Notes: a model not told the origin generated them from the sequence alone. A stretch of 64,000 nucleotides of DNA from Terriglobales bacterium (GCA_049512435.1 JBEKXC010000001.1:1149-65148), one strand, 5' to 3'. Numbered from the stretch's first letter, positions 18,521 to 27,891 are shown. Program-made: numbers and translations.

Positions 18521-18780
18521 GCTGCTGTGGCAAGAAGCGCCAGGAGATCCGGCAACGGCAGGTAATCTCCGGCCCAATCTCCGTACCACCCAGTCCAACC
18601 GCAACGTTACCCGTGCAACCGCACACAGCGATCGTCTTCCAGGGCGCCGGATCCTATCTCGTAACCGGCGAGTATTCCCGACGTGTGTATCACTTTTCTT
18701 CAGAGCAGCCGGAGCAGTGGATCGACTCCAAGGATGCTGTGGGTCTGCTCAGAACAGGGCTCTTTCACGCAGGGAGCTAA
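18517..18780 (+). CDS. 87-aa hypothetical protein with an N-terminal MSCCGKKR motif
   Basis: ATGA overlap with the DUF1360 gene (18517-18520) implies translational coupling. N-terminal Cys-Cys-Gly plus a basic stretch, a Pro-rich linker, then a C-terminal beta-rich ~50 aa. No family recognised. Confidence 0.55.
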   Translation: MSCCGKKRQEIRQRQVISGPISVPPSPTATLPVQPHTAIVFQGAGSYLVTGEYSRRVYHFSSEQPEQWIDSKDAVGLLRTGLFHAGS

Positions 18781-18858
18781 CGCATCGGGGCTTGAGCGAA
18801 TTTTTTCACGATTAAACGTGCTGCGCCGCATCGGTGCGTAAAGTGGTAGCAGGACTCC

Positions 18859-21336
18859 TCAGCCTAACCGCGCGTAGAGTTGAAAGGGTGCCCAGTAAAA
18901 GGGATTGTGGAATTCTCTGCCCCGAAGCAAGGACAATTTGGCGGTGCGCAGAGCGGCATCCGGGCTCGCCCCCTTGTTCAGCTCATCGTAAAACTTGTCC
19001 ATGAGTTGCACGGTGGACGCGTCCGACACGTCCCACAAGGCCGCGACCACGTTGTGGGCGCCGGCTCTGAGGAAAGCCCACGAGAGCCCGACCAGGCCCT
19101 CGCCCGAGTAGGAGCGCTCGCCGGCGCTGTAGCACGCCGAGATAGTTACGAGGTCGGCCCGCAACCTTTCGTGAATGATGTCGCGAGCATAGAGCTTGAA
19201 GGAGTTGTCTTGTGAGTTGTCCTTTGACAGCACGATTGCCGAGTCGAGCGGACTCAGCTGGCTGGCAGTTCCGTGCGCGACAAAATGGATATAGGAAAAC
19301 TGCTCTGGACTGCTGGCCAGATACGCTGAAGGCGTCGCATTTTCACGAGTAAGTATTTTCTTGGCCGCAGAAAAATGGCTCTCAACGCTTTTCATCTGCG
19401 CTCCGGCTAGCGGCAGTTCGCGATATTCATCGTTCGGCGCAACGCTATCACCGACGATAAGCAGGGTACGATCGCGTTTTTGTTTGCCCGCGCGTACAGC
19501 GGCTAGCACGCGCAACGAGCTGGCATTCGCAATCGTCACGTCTTCGATCCAATAGTGTACCTTTGGTTCGGGCGCATTCGGTTCAGACAGCATTGGCCTG
19601 GAGACGAGAAGAGTTTCGAAATTCAGGTTGTTCAGGCTGCCGTCGGGGATGACGAAGACCTTCGCATCCTTCTTCAACAACTCTCTTGCCGGCCCGACCA
19701 GAGTTTGATAAAGGGATTCGCCATCTCTGTCGGCCGATGCAAGAACATCTTGCACTTTGAGAGCCTCCCTATACCGTTGCACAGCATCGTCGATTTCCTT
19801 GCCGGGAGGAAGCGTAAACAAGGTGGTCTTCTGCGGCGTGATCGCCCACAAATATGATTGCTTCTTCCCCAGCCAATAAAAAAGAAGCGTACCGCCGGCG
19901 CTCCGGGCGATTTGCCGGGCGTCCAACGGCGGAGGCCCCTCGGAACCTCCCTTCGGCACCAATCCCAATCCCTCATTCAGAGTGCGAGCGCGACTGAAGT
20001 CGGCCCAGCGCAACGCGTCGTCAGTCTTTTTACTTGCCACCAGGAAATGGACGTAGTCGTCGTAGACGCTGGCGGCGTTGGTGAGAAAAGAGATCTGCGA
20101 ATCTTCATGCCGCACATCGTCGCGCGCGGCTTCGAAGGTGGCAAGCGCGGTGCGATATTCATCGTCCGCCGCGTCTGGGTGCTGCTCGTCTTCGTAAAGC
20201 TGGGCCAACGAGTGCTCAGCCTCCCACTTTAGAAAAACGGGACAGATCTTGTCGTGCTCGACTTGCAGAAACGTCATCTCGGCTTCCGCCGTGTTGCCGC
20301 GACGACCCGCGATCTGCCCCTGCAAAAGCATGGGATAGAGTTCATCGAGATGGTTCCCTCTCTTTTGCGCAGATTCCAGAGCTTGCTGTGAATACTGGCT
20401 TGCATTCGCCAAATCGCCTTTCATGAGCGAGAGGCGCGCCAGCGCTCGCAATGCGTTATAGACGTTCTCATTGCTGTTAATGTGTTGCTCGATTCCGAGC
20501 GCCTCTCGGAGAGATTGCGCGGCGAGTTCGACCTTACCGACACCCATGTAGACATACGCGGCATCCATCAGCCATGCACCTTGGTCGTCAAAGTCGCCCA
20601 GTTCGCTGGCGAGCTTTCCTGCTTCAAGGAACAGACCGAGCGCCTTGCTCAAATCGCCAAGTTTGTAATACGCCCATCCTATGTTGCCTTCGGCGGCGGG
20701 CTCGAGTCTCCTGGCGTCGATAGCCTTCGCAATCTGGAACGCAGCTTCCGATCTGTCAATCGCTTCGTCGAAACGCCCTTCCGCGAGCGACTCATTCCCG
20801 AGGTCGAGAAGCGAATCGGATTCGAGGAATGAGTCGCCATGCGAGCGCGCAAAGGCAAGGCTAGATTCATAGAACCGCTCCGCGGATTCCGGCTGGTTCA
20901 GTTCGGTGGCCAGGTTACCGCGCACCAGGGAAACATATCCGCAACTCGCCCATGCAGAGATACCGCAGAGCTTCGCTGCGTCGTTAAGCGATCCCTCCGC
21001 TTCGGGAAAGTCCTGCATATAGACGTTGGCTGCGCCAGCAAGCGTCAAGACAGGGATCACCAGATCCGGCCGGTTAGGAGGCAGCGGCACTGATCTGAGC
21101 AGCCTTAGGCCGTCCGCGTAAAGACCTTGATGGATCTCCGCTCTAGCTTCGAGGGTTCGGAACTTCCAGGCCCAATCCGAGTTCGAACTAAACCATTGGC
21201 ATTCTCGGTGGGCTTCGTCCTGGGCCTGCTTCAGATCGCCGTGCAGCAAAGCCTTGGAAGCGCGATCATAAACGGCCTGCGGGTTGTCGTGGCGGCTGCA
21301 CGCCAAAACGCAGACCAGGAGCAAGGATGTGCCCAT
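18859..21336 (-). CDS. lipoprotein with TPR repeats and a C-terminal CHAT (caspase-like) protease domain
   Basis: Start preferred at MGTSLLLVCVLAC|SRHD (lipobox-like VLAC). About 500 aa of TPR-like repeats. The C-terminal CHAT block has an intact His/Cys dyad (YIHFVAHGTAS ... DLVTISACYSAGE) and ends in the typical YWAPFQLY. Confidence 0.8.
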   Translation of the reverse strand: MGTSLLLVCVLACSRHDNPQAVYDRASKALLHGDLKQAQDEAHRECQWFSSNSDWAWKFRTLEARAEIHQGLYADGLRLLRSVPLPPNRPDLVIPVLTLAGAANVYMQDFPEAEGSLNDAAKLCGISAWASCGYVSLVRGNLATELNQPESAERFYESSLAFARSHGDSFLESDSLLDLGNESLAEGRFDEAIDRSEAAFQIAKAIDARRLEPAAEGNIGWAYYKLGDLSKALGLFLEAGKLASELGDFDDQGAWLMDAAYVYMGVGKVELAAQSLREALGIEQHINSNENVYNALRALARLSLMKGDLANASQYSQQALESAQKRGNHLDELYPMLLQGQIAGRRGNTAEAEMTFLQVEHDKICPVFLKWEAEHSLAQLYEDEQHPDAADDEYRTALATFEAARDDVRHEDSQISFLTNAASVYDDYVHFLVASKKTDDALRWADFSRARTLNEGLGLVPKGGSEGPPPLDARQIARSAGGTLLFYWLGKKQSYLWAITPQKTTLFTLPPGKEIDDAVQRYREALKVQDVLASADRDGESLYQTLVGPARELLKKDAKVFVIPDGSLNNLNFETLLVSRPMLSEPNAPEPKVHYWIEDVTIANASSLRVLAAVRAGKQKRDRTLLIVGDSVAPNDEYRELPLAGAQMKSVESHFSAAKKILTRENATPSAYLASSPEQFSYIHFVAHGTASQLSPLDSAIVLSKDNSQDNSFKLYARDIIHERLRADLVTISACYSAGERSYSGEGLVGLSWAFLRAGAHNVVAALWDVSDASTVQLMDKFYDELNKGASPDAALRTAKLSLLRGREFHNPFYWAPFQLYARLG

Positions 21337-21588
21337 GGCCAACTCGGGCCGCACAATGTGGCCGGAGCGGATTGCCCCACGCTGTTGACCGACGAGCATT
21401 CGATCTTGCACTTTTTACGCGGCTGCGGAAGAGTCCCAATAGTACCGCTGGCAATCCGAATCGGAAAGGCCCGGAGAACTTCACTTTTCATCATATCGCT
21501 CGGATACAGGACTGGGCGGCAGAGTTAAGCCCAAAGGCGGGAAACACTTTAACAACTTAGTCGCAAACATGTAAGGTTAGAAGCCACG

Positions 21589-21625
21589 CAAAACATCGCT
21601 CTCGGATCATTCGCCGAGAGCGATG
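21589..21625 (-). terminator. rho-independent terminator after the ECF operon
   Basis: The minus strand reads CATCGCTCTCGG-cgaatgat-CCGAGAGCGATG followed by TTTTG. This is a perfect 12-bp stem 64 nt downstream of the 332-aa ORF stop. Confidence 0.75.
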
Positions 21626-21688
21626 GTCAAGACACAATTGCGCGGCGTCGATTTTATTGATCCAGTCTATCGGCTACCACCAGAAACA

Positions 21689-22687
21689 TTAGCCTGGAGG
21701 GCCCATTTGCCCATTGGCATTCACACCCCCCGCGCCACTGGCTCCGCTGGCGGGACACCCCAAATGCATCTTGAGCATATCCAGCGTAAAGTAATTACTG
21801 TCACTTGGCTCCGTCTGCGAACGATCGTCGTTCCGGCGCCGAAAGTCGCTGTGCTCATTCTTGATGCCGACTTCGACTTCGGCCAGCGCCACCGTCCCGA
21901 AGTTCGGGATGAAGATGCGATTGCCAAACGTCCGCACTCCCGGAATCGGAATCGGCTTAATCTTCTTGACCAGTGAGAATCGCAGCTTCGGATGGCCGTT
22001 GCCGACGGGCACAACACTGATCGCATCCTCTTTGGCTTGCTTCTTGAGCTCGTCGATGTACGCGATCTCGGCGCCGTACCCTCGCTCCATGCTTTCGGGA
22101 AAGTCGTCGGACTCGACCATGCCATCGAGCTGCCGGTGCACACTGTTCAGAAACTCGACGTCTTGCAAATAGTGACGATCGTTCGCCGGCTTGGGACCAC
22201 AGATTGCCAGATCGAGTTCGACCTCGACCGGACATCCGCCAACCCGCAGGTTCTCGAAGCGCGTGCCGATGAAGCTGACACGGGGCACGTTGCTGTTCGT
22301 CATCGGATGCTGAGTGGAAAGCTGCGCTACCACGCGATCGACGGTGACGATGTCTTCAACGTTGTATCCCTCGAGCGCAGCGGTTGCCAGCGTGACCCAT
22401 CCAGCGTGATCCTGGCCGAAAATATCCGTTTTCTGCTTGACATGGGCGCCGGCGACGCGCGTGTGTCCGCGCTTGAAGGAAATCAGACCTTCAACGTTGG
22501 TCTCGCCGACCGATTGCGTGATGAGGCTTTCGCGGCGGCTCTCGAGAGCAACGCGCCCATATTCCTGCTTAGCCAGTTTGATCGGTTGCTCGAGTTCAAC
22601 ATTGAGGATGTAAGCATCGGCGTGATAGATGTGGTACTGCTCCTGAACGGATCCCGACATCATCGGTAATTTCGGATTTGCAGCCAT
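21689..22687 (-). CDS. hypothetical cytoplasmic protein, third gene of the ECF sigma operon
   Basis: 332 aa. No signal peptide or TM helix. High GC3. Starts 24 nt after the anti-sigma stop. Gly-rich tail GCPASGASGAGGVNANGQMGPPG. No family recognised. Confidence 0.7.
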   Translation of the reverse strand: MAANPKLPMMSGSVQEQYHIYHADAYILNVELEQPIKLAKQEYGRVALESRRESLITQSVGETNVEGLISFKRGHTRVAGAHVKQKTDIFGQDHAGWVTLATAALEGYNVEDIVTVDRVVAQLSTQHPMTNSNVPRVSFIGTRFENLRVGGCPVEVELDLAICGPKPANDRHYLQDVEFLNSVHRQLDGMVESDDFPESMERGYGAEIAYIDELKKQAKEDAISVVPVGNGHPKLRFSLVKKIKPIPIPGVRTFGNRIFIPNFGTVALAEVEVGIKNEHSDFRRRNDDRSQTEPSDSNYFTLDMLKMHLGCPASGASGAGGVNANGQMGPPG

Positions 22688-22711
22688 ATTGTCAGCTCCT
22701 CAGCTTTGAGC

Positions 22712-23455
22712 TTATTTTTGAATTTGCAATTCAAACGAGGTATCGCCCACGTCCTTACTTTCCCCTGAAGCAGTAATTCCCCGCACCTTCAATTTGTATC
22801 TACCCGTTTCACGATTCGCTCCCGGCACCTGCAGCGGCCACTGATCTTGCTGAGATGACGCCGGAATCGTGAACGCGAATGACCATTCCAGCTTGCCCGC
22901 AGGATTATACAGGTCCGCAATGTACTTGGAATAGACGTCACCCGGAGGAATCCTCACCAGAAGAAGAAAGGCTCGCCCAGGCTGCTGCGTAATTGTCGGC
23001 CCTTCCGATCCATAGGTGTCAAGGTTCACCGGCGCCCATGCCAAGATCTGCGGACTGTTCAATTGACGCGCCAGCTGCGGGTACGTAACCAGATTCTGAT
23101 ACCCAACGACTGCCAGCAACATAGCCATCACCGGAACGAAAAACGCAGGGCGCAACCATGCGAGCCATGCCGATGGAGCCGGGAGCGGCGGCGCAGGCAC
23201 GGAGTGGACCTCGGGTTCTGGTATGGCTCCATCTCTGATCCGTTCGACCAGCAAAGCTGCAGCATGAACGTCGGCCGCGCACTCCGTGCAGTTGAAATAA
23301 TGCTCTTCAAATTCGTCGCGTGCCGCGGGGTCGAGTTCGTCGAGCAGATATCTTTCCGTCATATTTTGAGCAGCCGCCAACTGGTGATCCATAAGTAAAA
23401 ATCCCCCTCGTATAATCCAATAGTGCGCCGGCGCGATCCGGCGTTGCACAGCCAT
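22712..23455 (-). CDS. anti-sigma factor (zf-HC2-like N-terminus, single TM, extracytoplasmic domain)
   Basis: MTERYLLDELDPAARDEFEEHYFNCTECAADV is anti-sigma N-terminal motif. TM helix AFFVPVMAMLLAVVGYQNLV, then an extracytoplasmic domain of about 130 aa. The ATG at 23455 overlaps the sigma stop (TGATG). The alternative start MDHQ is at 23392. Confidence 0.75.
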   Translation of the reverse strand: MAVQRRIAPAHYWIIRGGFLLMDHQLAAAQNMTERYLLDELDPAARDEFEEHYFNCTECAADVHAAALLVERIRDGAIPEPEVHSVPAPPLPAPSAWLAWLRPAFFVPVMAMLLAVVGYQNLVTYPQLARQLNSPQILAWAPVNLDTYGSEGPTITQQPGRAFLLLVRIPPGDVYSKYIADLYNPAGKLEWSFAFTIPASSQQDQWPLQVPGANRETGRYKLKVRGITASGESKDVGDTSFELQIQK

Positions 23456-24189
23456 CAGGCCGGGACAAGCCTCAATGAATCATCCCCGTCATCAAATAAG
23501 TCCTTGAATTTTTGTTTTGCCCGGTGCAATAAGAGGCGCAGATTGTCCCGGGTTATACCCAGCTCGCGGCACACTTCGTCTTTGTCCCGCTCTTCAAAAA
23601 ATATGGCGCGCAGCACCCGCCGATCACGTTCGGGAAGTTGGTCAATCACTTTCTGGATTTTTTGCGCGGCCTGCTTGTCGGCGACAATCTTGGTCACGTC
23701 AAACGGTGCGGCGGGAAGTTCGGGCGCATCGTCATCGTCCAACGAATCGATTCGCAGGTTCTCACGATAAGTCTCTCGCAACACGTTGTTGCACGTCGAA
23801 TTTACCCACTGTCCCAGGCGATCGGCGTGCTGGATTTTTCCCTCGCGCAGGGCGATATAAAATCGCACGAAAGTTTCCTGCTGCACATCCTCGACGGCTT
23901 CCGGGGACTTCAGCCGCGATCGTAATTTCACCTTCATCAGTGCAGTGAAGTACTTGCGAAAGTGCTCCTGAGTGGGGAAATCGCCCTCTCGCAGTCGGTT
24001 CAAATAGTCTTCGTCAAAGGAGTGGAATTGCAAGAGCTTGCCCCGGGAACCTGGAAGTGGCACACAGTTTAGCACTTCGGGTGGCGATGTGTAGGCGGTC
24101 TCCGGAGCGATGACGAGCAGTGAGTTTTTCGCAGCGGTGTGGCCGCTAAGACGGCGTCCAGGTGTCGAGCTGGAGCGGGTGGCAGGCAC
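23455..24189 (-). CDS. ECF-type RNA polymerase sigma factor
   Basis: Region 2 (EDVQQETFVRFYIAL) and region 4 HTH (LPERDRRVLRAIFFEERDKDEVCRELGITRDNLRLLLHRAKQKF). The true start is probably internal (for example the TTG at LQFHSFDEDY), because the first ~50 aa look non-coding. Confidence 0.85.
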   Translation of the reverse strand: MPATRSSSTPGRRLSGHTAAKNSLLVIAPETAYTSPPEVLNCVPLPGSRGKLLQFHSFDEDYLNRLREGDFPTQEHFRKYFTALMKVKLRSRLKSPEAVEDVQQETFVRFYIALREGKIQHADRLGQWVNSTCNNVLRETYRENLRIDSLDDDDAPELPAAPFDVTKIVADKQAAQKIQKVIDQLPERDRRVLRAIFFEERDKDEVCRELGITRDNLRLLLHRAKQKFKDLFDDGDDSLRLVPA

Positions 24190-24524
24190 TGGGAAGTCGA
24201 AAACTCCTATTCAGCTGGCAGAGTGATGGGTTTGTTCCATCGGGGAAAGACGCGGAACAAAGCACCGGAGCCGCTTCCCCGACGACTCCGGCGCTTTAAC
24301 GGGATCGCAGCCAAGTGGTTGCCAGGCTAAGGTCCCTGAACTGTGGTGCAATCGCCGTAGAGCGCGACGTTTTCCACTATTGGTATAGTGTCGAAAACGG
24401 GTAGATCGTTTCACTATATTGTTAAAATTTCAGCCAACCCGCCTCCCATCCTACCCGTTGAGGAGCCCCGCGCAGAATGATCAAAACAGGAAATCGGAGG
24501 CTTGCAAGGATTCTGGAGGTCAAG

Positions 24525-24962
24525 CTACTTCCGTTGAATGGACTCCAGGTATCGGGTTACATTTTCCAGTCGCACGTTGCCTAAGTCCTGATCAAATTCG
24601 ATTTCATGGAAGATCGGCCCCCAAATCGGCATCTGCTTTGAGCCGTGCGCGGGCAGGAGATCATCTGCGCCAAACATAATGGTGGTCCGCACATGAATGG
24701 CGGGAAAAGCACCGTTATTCCGTAGCGAGAGTCTGCTCAGGTCGGGAACCTCCGGTTTCAGCGCCTTGGACACCGGGCCATTCCCTCGCCCATCACGTCC
24801 ATGGCACGCAGCACAGTAATCTCGAAATATACTGGCTCCGTCCACCGGACGGATTGCGGGTTGTTGTTGGTTCCTGATTTGTGCGGAGGCAAAGACGGCC
24901 ACTGATACCAGGAAAACGCTTATGGGGATCGTCTCTCGTCGCTGCACGATGGCCTCCGGCAA
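24525..24962 (-). CDS. c-type cytochrome
   Basis: Signal/TM segment IPISVFLVSVAVFASA. Haem-binding CAACHG. A distal Met candidate lies in GSKQMPIWGP. The start codon is non-ATG and uncertain. Confidence 0.75.
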   Translation of the reverse strand: MPEAIVQRRETIPISVFLVSVAVFASAQIRNQQQPAIRPVDGASIFRDYCAACHGRDGRGNGPVSKALKPEVPDLSRLSLRNNGAFPAIHVRTTIMFGADDLLPAHGSKQMPIWGPIFHEIEFDQDLGNVRLENVTRYLESIQRK

Positions 24963-25180
24963 AAAAGTGCTTGGGCGGAAAGCGACTCTTGAATAGAATA
25001 TGCCGTTTAAGTACGACCGTCGGTGACTTGAGTTACTGACCTGTGTGATGTCGTCGGGCCGAGATTCTTCAGCCTCCTGGCGCAGGCTCAGGGCTTACTC
25101 GGACACGAACTCTTTATAGAACAGTACGCGACGATTATGAAGTGGCGAACACTACAGAACCCGGGGAGCCGCGGGTGGCC

Positions 25181-26560
25181 CTATTTCACCAGTCCCACAA
25201 TCAGGCTGCTGGGCCCGGGCAGGTCGATCCGGCATACGTCGGTGAAACCCGCAGCTTTCATCCAGTCAGTGTATTCGGATTCGCTGTAACTGGCACCGGC
25301 ATCGGTATTGACGAGCATGTTCAGTGAGAACAGCGCCGCGTGTTGCGGCCCGGTTTTATCAGGATTGAGGATGAAGTCTTGCACAACCAGGCGGCCCTTT
25401 GGCGCGAGTGCATGAGATGCACGGCGGAAGATGTCCCGGTTCTGCTCCTCGGAAAACATGTGACAGATTGCGTTCAGCATGATGATGTCGTAGCCGGAAC
25501 CAAAATCGTCTTGGAGCATGTCTCCACAGCGGAGGCTGACCTGCGCTGAAACGCCGGCTTGGTTGACGTACTCGGCAGTGAGCGGTACAACCTCCGGGAC
25601 GTCAAGAATCTCGCACCGCAGATCCGAGCTGGCTTTTGCGAACGCGATGGAATACGCACCGGAGCCGCCGCCGAGATCGAGGATGCGCCGCACACCGGCA
25701 GTGCCCAGAGCCTTCACCAGCAGCGGGGCACGATCTTTGGCGTTGCGTTGCATGCCGACAATAAAGTTGCAGGTCCATTTTGGAGTGTCTTTGCGGTCAT
25801 CTTTGCCGTCAACTTTGCGACCAGGTGTGATGCGAGTACCACTGCGCACCGCGTCCGTTAGTGTGCTCCAACGATGCCAGATGTCGGCTGTATGCAGCAG
25901 ACCATTGCGGTGGTTGTCTTTGGATCCCTGAACAAAGAAGCGAGCTGACTCGGACGTGTTCTTGTATTCGCCGCCGCTCTTCGAGAGTAATCCGAGGGCA
26001 ACGAGCGCGTTAAGCAGCATGCCTGCCCCGCGGGGATTCGCGTGGATGCTTGTCCCGATCTGTTCTGCATTAGCTCCGTCTCCGACCGCGGTAAAGATGT
26101 CGAGTTCGAGCGCCGTAAGAATGCAACGACTCGGCATGTAGCCGCGAATCATTTGATCGAGGCGATCGGGCAGAATTCCTGCTTTCTCGCGAGCCGCCAT
26201 CGCCTCACGGAACTTTTCCCCATGCTCGACCGCCATGGCCTTCATGGCCGGGGCATCGTTCCAGATAAGACGATCGACGGTCTTGCCGTCGTGCAAATGG
26301 CTACCGACGATTTCGGACACATCAGACATTTGCACGCGACGGTACCACACCCCTTCCGGATAGACGACCATCACCGGACCTTCGTCGCATAGTCCCATGC
26401 AACCGCAGGTAGTAAGCTGCACGTCGTGGTTGAGGCCGCGCACCTGTATCTCGCGATCTAGCGCGCCGAGCACAGCGAACGACCCGCTGGCCGGGCAAGA
26501 GGGAATGCCTTCTGGCTTTTGCTGCGTGCAGACAAAGAGGTGAAAGCGGAACGGTTCCAT
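25181..26560 (-). CDS. fusion protein: thioredoxin-like [2Fe-2S] ferredoxin domain plus SAM-dependent O-methyltransferase
   Basis: N-terminal ~100 aa: HLFVCTQQKPEGIPSCPASG...TTCGCMGLCDEGPVMVVYPEGVWY (the Cys pattern of Trx-like 2Fe-2S ferredoxins). C-terminal: winged-helix dimerisation region plus SAM motif I RILDLGGGSGAYSIAFA (COMT-like Methyltransf_2). Confidence 0.85.
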   Translation of the reverse strand: MEPFRFHLFVCTQQKPEGIPSCPASGSFAVLGALDREIQVRGLNHDVQLTTCGCMGLCDEGPVMVVYPEGVWYRRVQMSDVSEIVGSHLHDGKTVDRLIWNDAPAMKAMAVEHGEKFREAMAAREKAGILPDRLDQMIRGYMPSRCILTALELDIFTAVGDGANAEQIGTSIHANPRGAGMLLNALVALGLLSKSGGEYKNTSESARFFVQGSKDNHRNGLLHTADIWHRWSTLTDAVRSGTRITPGRKVDGKDDRKDTPKWTCNFIVGMQRNAKDRAPLLVKALGTAGVRRILDLGGGSGAYSIAFAKASSDLRCEILDVPEVVPLTAEYVNQAGVSAQVSLRCGDMLQDDFGSGYDIIMLNAICHMFSEEQNRDIFRRASHALAPKGRLVVQDFILNPDKTGPQHAALFSLNMLVNTDAGASYSESEYTDWMKAAGFTDVCRIDLPGPSSLIVGLVK

Positions 26561-26800
26561 CGCGTTCTCCGGGCGTAGATTAGTATTAACGCTTTATCGA
26601 AACTTGAAGTCTCACGAGCATTCCAGCACATTCACTGTGCTCGGACACTTACTAATATCTCGCCCGCGAATTACGGCTTGCTGTAACGCCAGTCACATGC
26701 CGACGTGAGGGGGGCTATTCTCCACCGGAATCTCGACCTGGCCGCATCATGCTCAAACCGATTGTCCAGTGGAGGGAGTATATTAACTGGGCAACAGTTG

Positions 26801-27805
26801 ATGAAAGCCGCGACTCTAACCTCACCGCAAGAAGTTCGGCATCGTCCTCTTCGGATTGGCCAGGTTGCAACGCCGGAGCCGAAGCCAGGTCAAGTTCTTG
26901 TGCGGGTGCGTGCGTGCGGAGTGTGCCGCACCGACCTACACATCGTCGAAGGTGACCTGCCACCTCTTCGCCCTGGAGTAATTCCGGGACATCAGATTGT
27001 CGGCGAAATCGTAGCTGGAACTGTGGCCGGAGCTGCTGGGGACCTTCCTGTCGGCACACGTGTGGGCGTTTCCTGGATGGGAGGAACGGACGGCACGTGC
27101 CAATATTGCCGCCTTGGTCTGGAGAATCTCTGCGATTCACCCACGTTTACCGGTTACACGGTGGATGGCGGCTACGCTGAGTACGCAGTCGTTCGCTCCG
27201 ATTTCACTTTTCCTCTTCCCGATCAACTGGACGATCTGCATGCCGCCCCGCTGTTGTGCGCCGGCATTATCGGCTTTCGCAGCCTTCGTGTGGCGGGCGT
27301 CAAGCATGGCGACCGTGTCGGGCTGTTCGGGTTCGGCGCTTCGGCCCACCTGGCAATCGCGGTCTTACGCTCCTGGAATTGCGAAGTGTACGTCTCCACG
27401 CGAGGAGCGACTCATCGCCAATTGGCAGCTTCTCTAGGGGCAGCTTGGGTGGGAGGCGAGACGGACAAACCGCCCGCCGAGCTCGACTGTGCAGTGACTT
27501 TCGCTCCCAGTGGCGATGTCGTGATAGCAGCTTTAACGGCCCTGAGGAAGGGAGGAGTGGTTGCCATCAACGCAATTCACTTGGACCGGATTCCTCAGTT
27601 TGATTATGATCGCCTGCTGTGGGGCGAGCGCCAGCTTCGGAGCGTCGCGAACATGACTCGTGCTGACGCTCGAGATTTCCTCCAGGTCGCGAGCGAGATT
27701 GGTCTGAGGCCAAAGGTAACCGCATTCGCGCTCGACCAGGCCAACGAGGCTTTGATTGCCGTAAGAGAGGATTCCATCGACGGAGCTGCCGTCATACTTG
27801 TCTGA
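26801..27805 (+). CDS. zinc-dependent alcohol dehydrogenase
   Basis: Start at MKAATL. Catalytic Zn ligands in GVCRTDLH and GHQIVGEIV. Structural Zn site CQYCRLGLENLC. Rossmann motif LFGFGASAHL. Confidence 0.85.
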   Translation: MKAATLTSPQEVRHRPLRIGQVATPEPKPGQVLVRVRACGVCRTDLHIVEGDLPPLRPGVIPGHQIVGEIVAGTVAGAAGDLPVGTRVGVSWMGGTDGTCQYCRLGLENLCDSPTFTGYTVDGGYAEYAVVRSDFTFPLPDQLDDLHAAPLLCAGIIGFRSLRVAGVKHGDRVGLFGFGASAHLAIAVLRSWNCEVYVSTRGATHRQLAASLGAAWVGGETDKPPAELDCAVTFAPSGDVVIAALTALRKGGVVAINAIHLDRIPQFDYDRLLWGERQLRSVANMTRADARDFLQVASEIGLRPKVTAFALDQANEALIAVREDSIDGAAVILV

Positions 27806-27891
27806 GATTGTCGGTTTCGCAGCTTTAATGCGATGACCGGAAATCACTCACAGACCTGGACGCTCCGCCCTTCGCTCTCACTTGTCACTTG

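Noticed and set aside
24190-24420. Autoregulatory ECF promoter (GGAAC-N16/17-CGT) upstream of the sigma gene
   Set aside because: Only weak candidates were found (GAAAC-N14-CGAC, GGAAC-N17-AGCTGA) with off-consensus spacing or -10 element. Not reportable.
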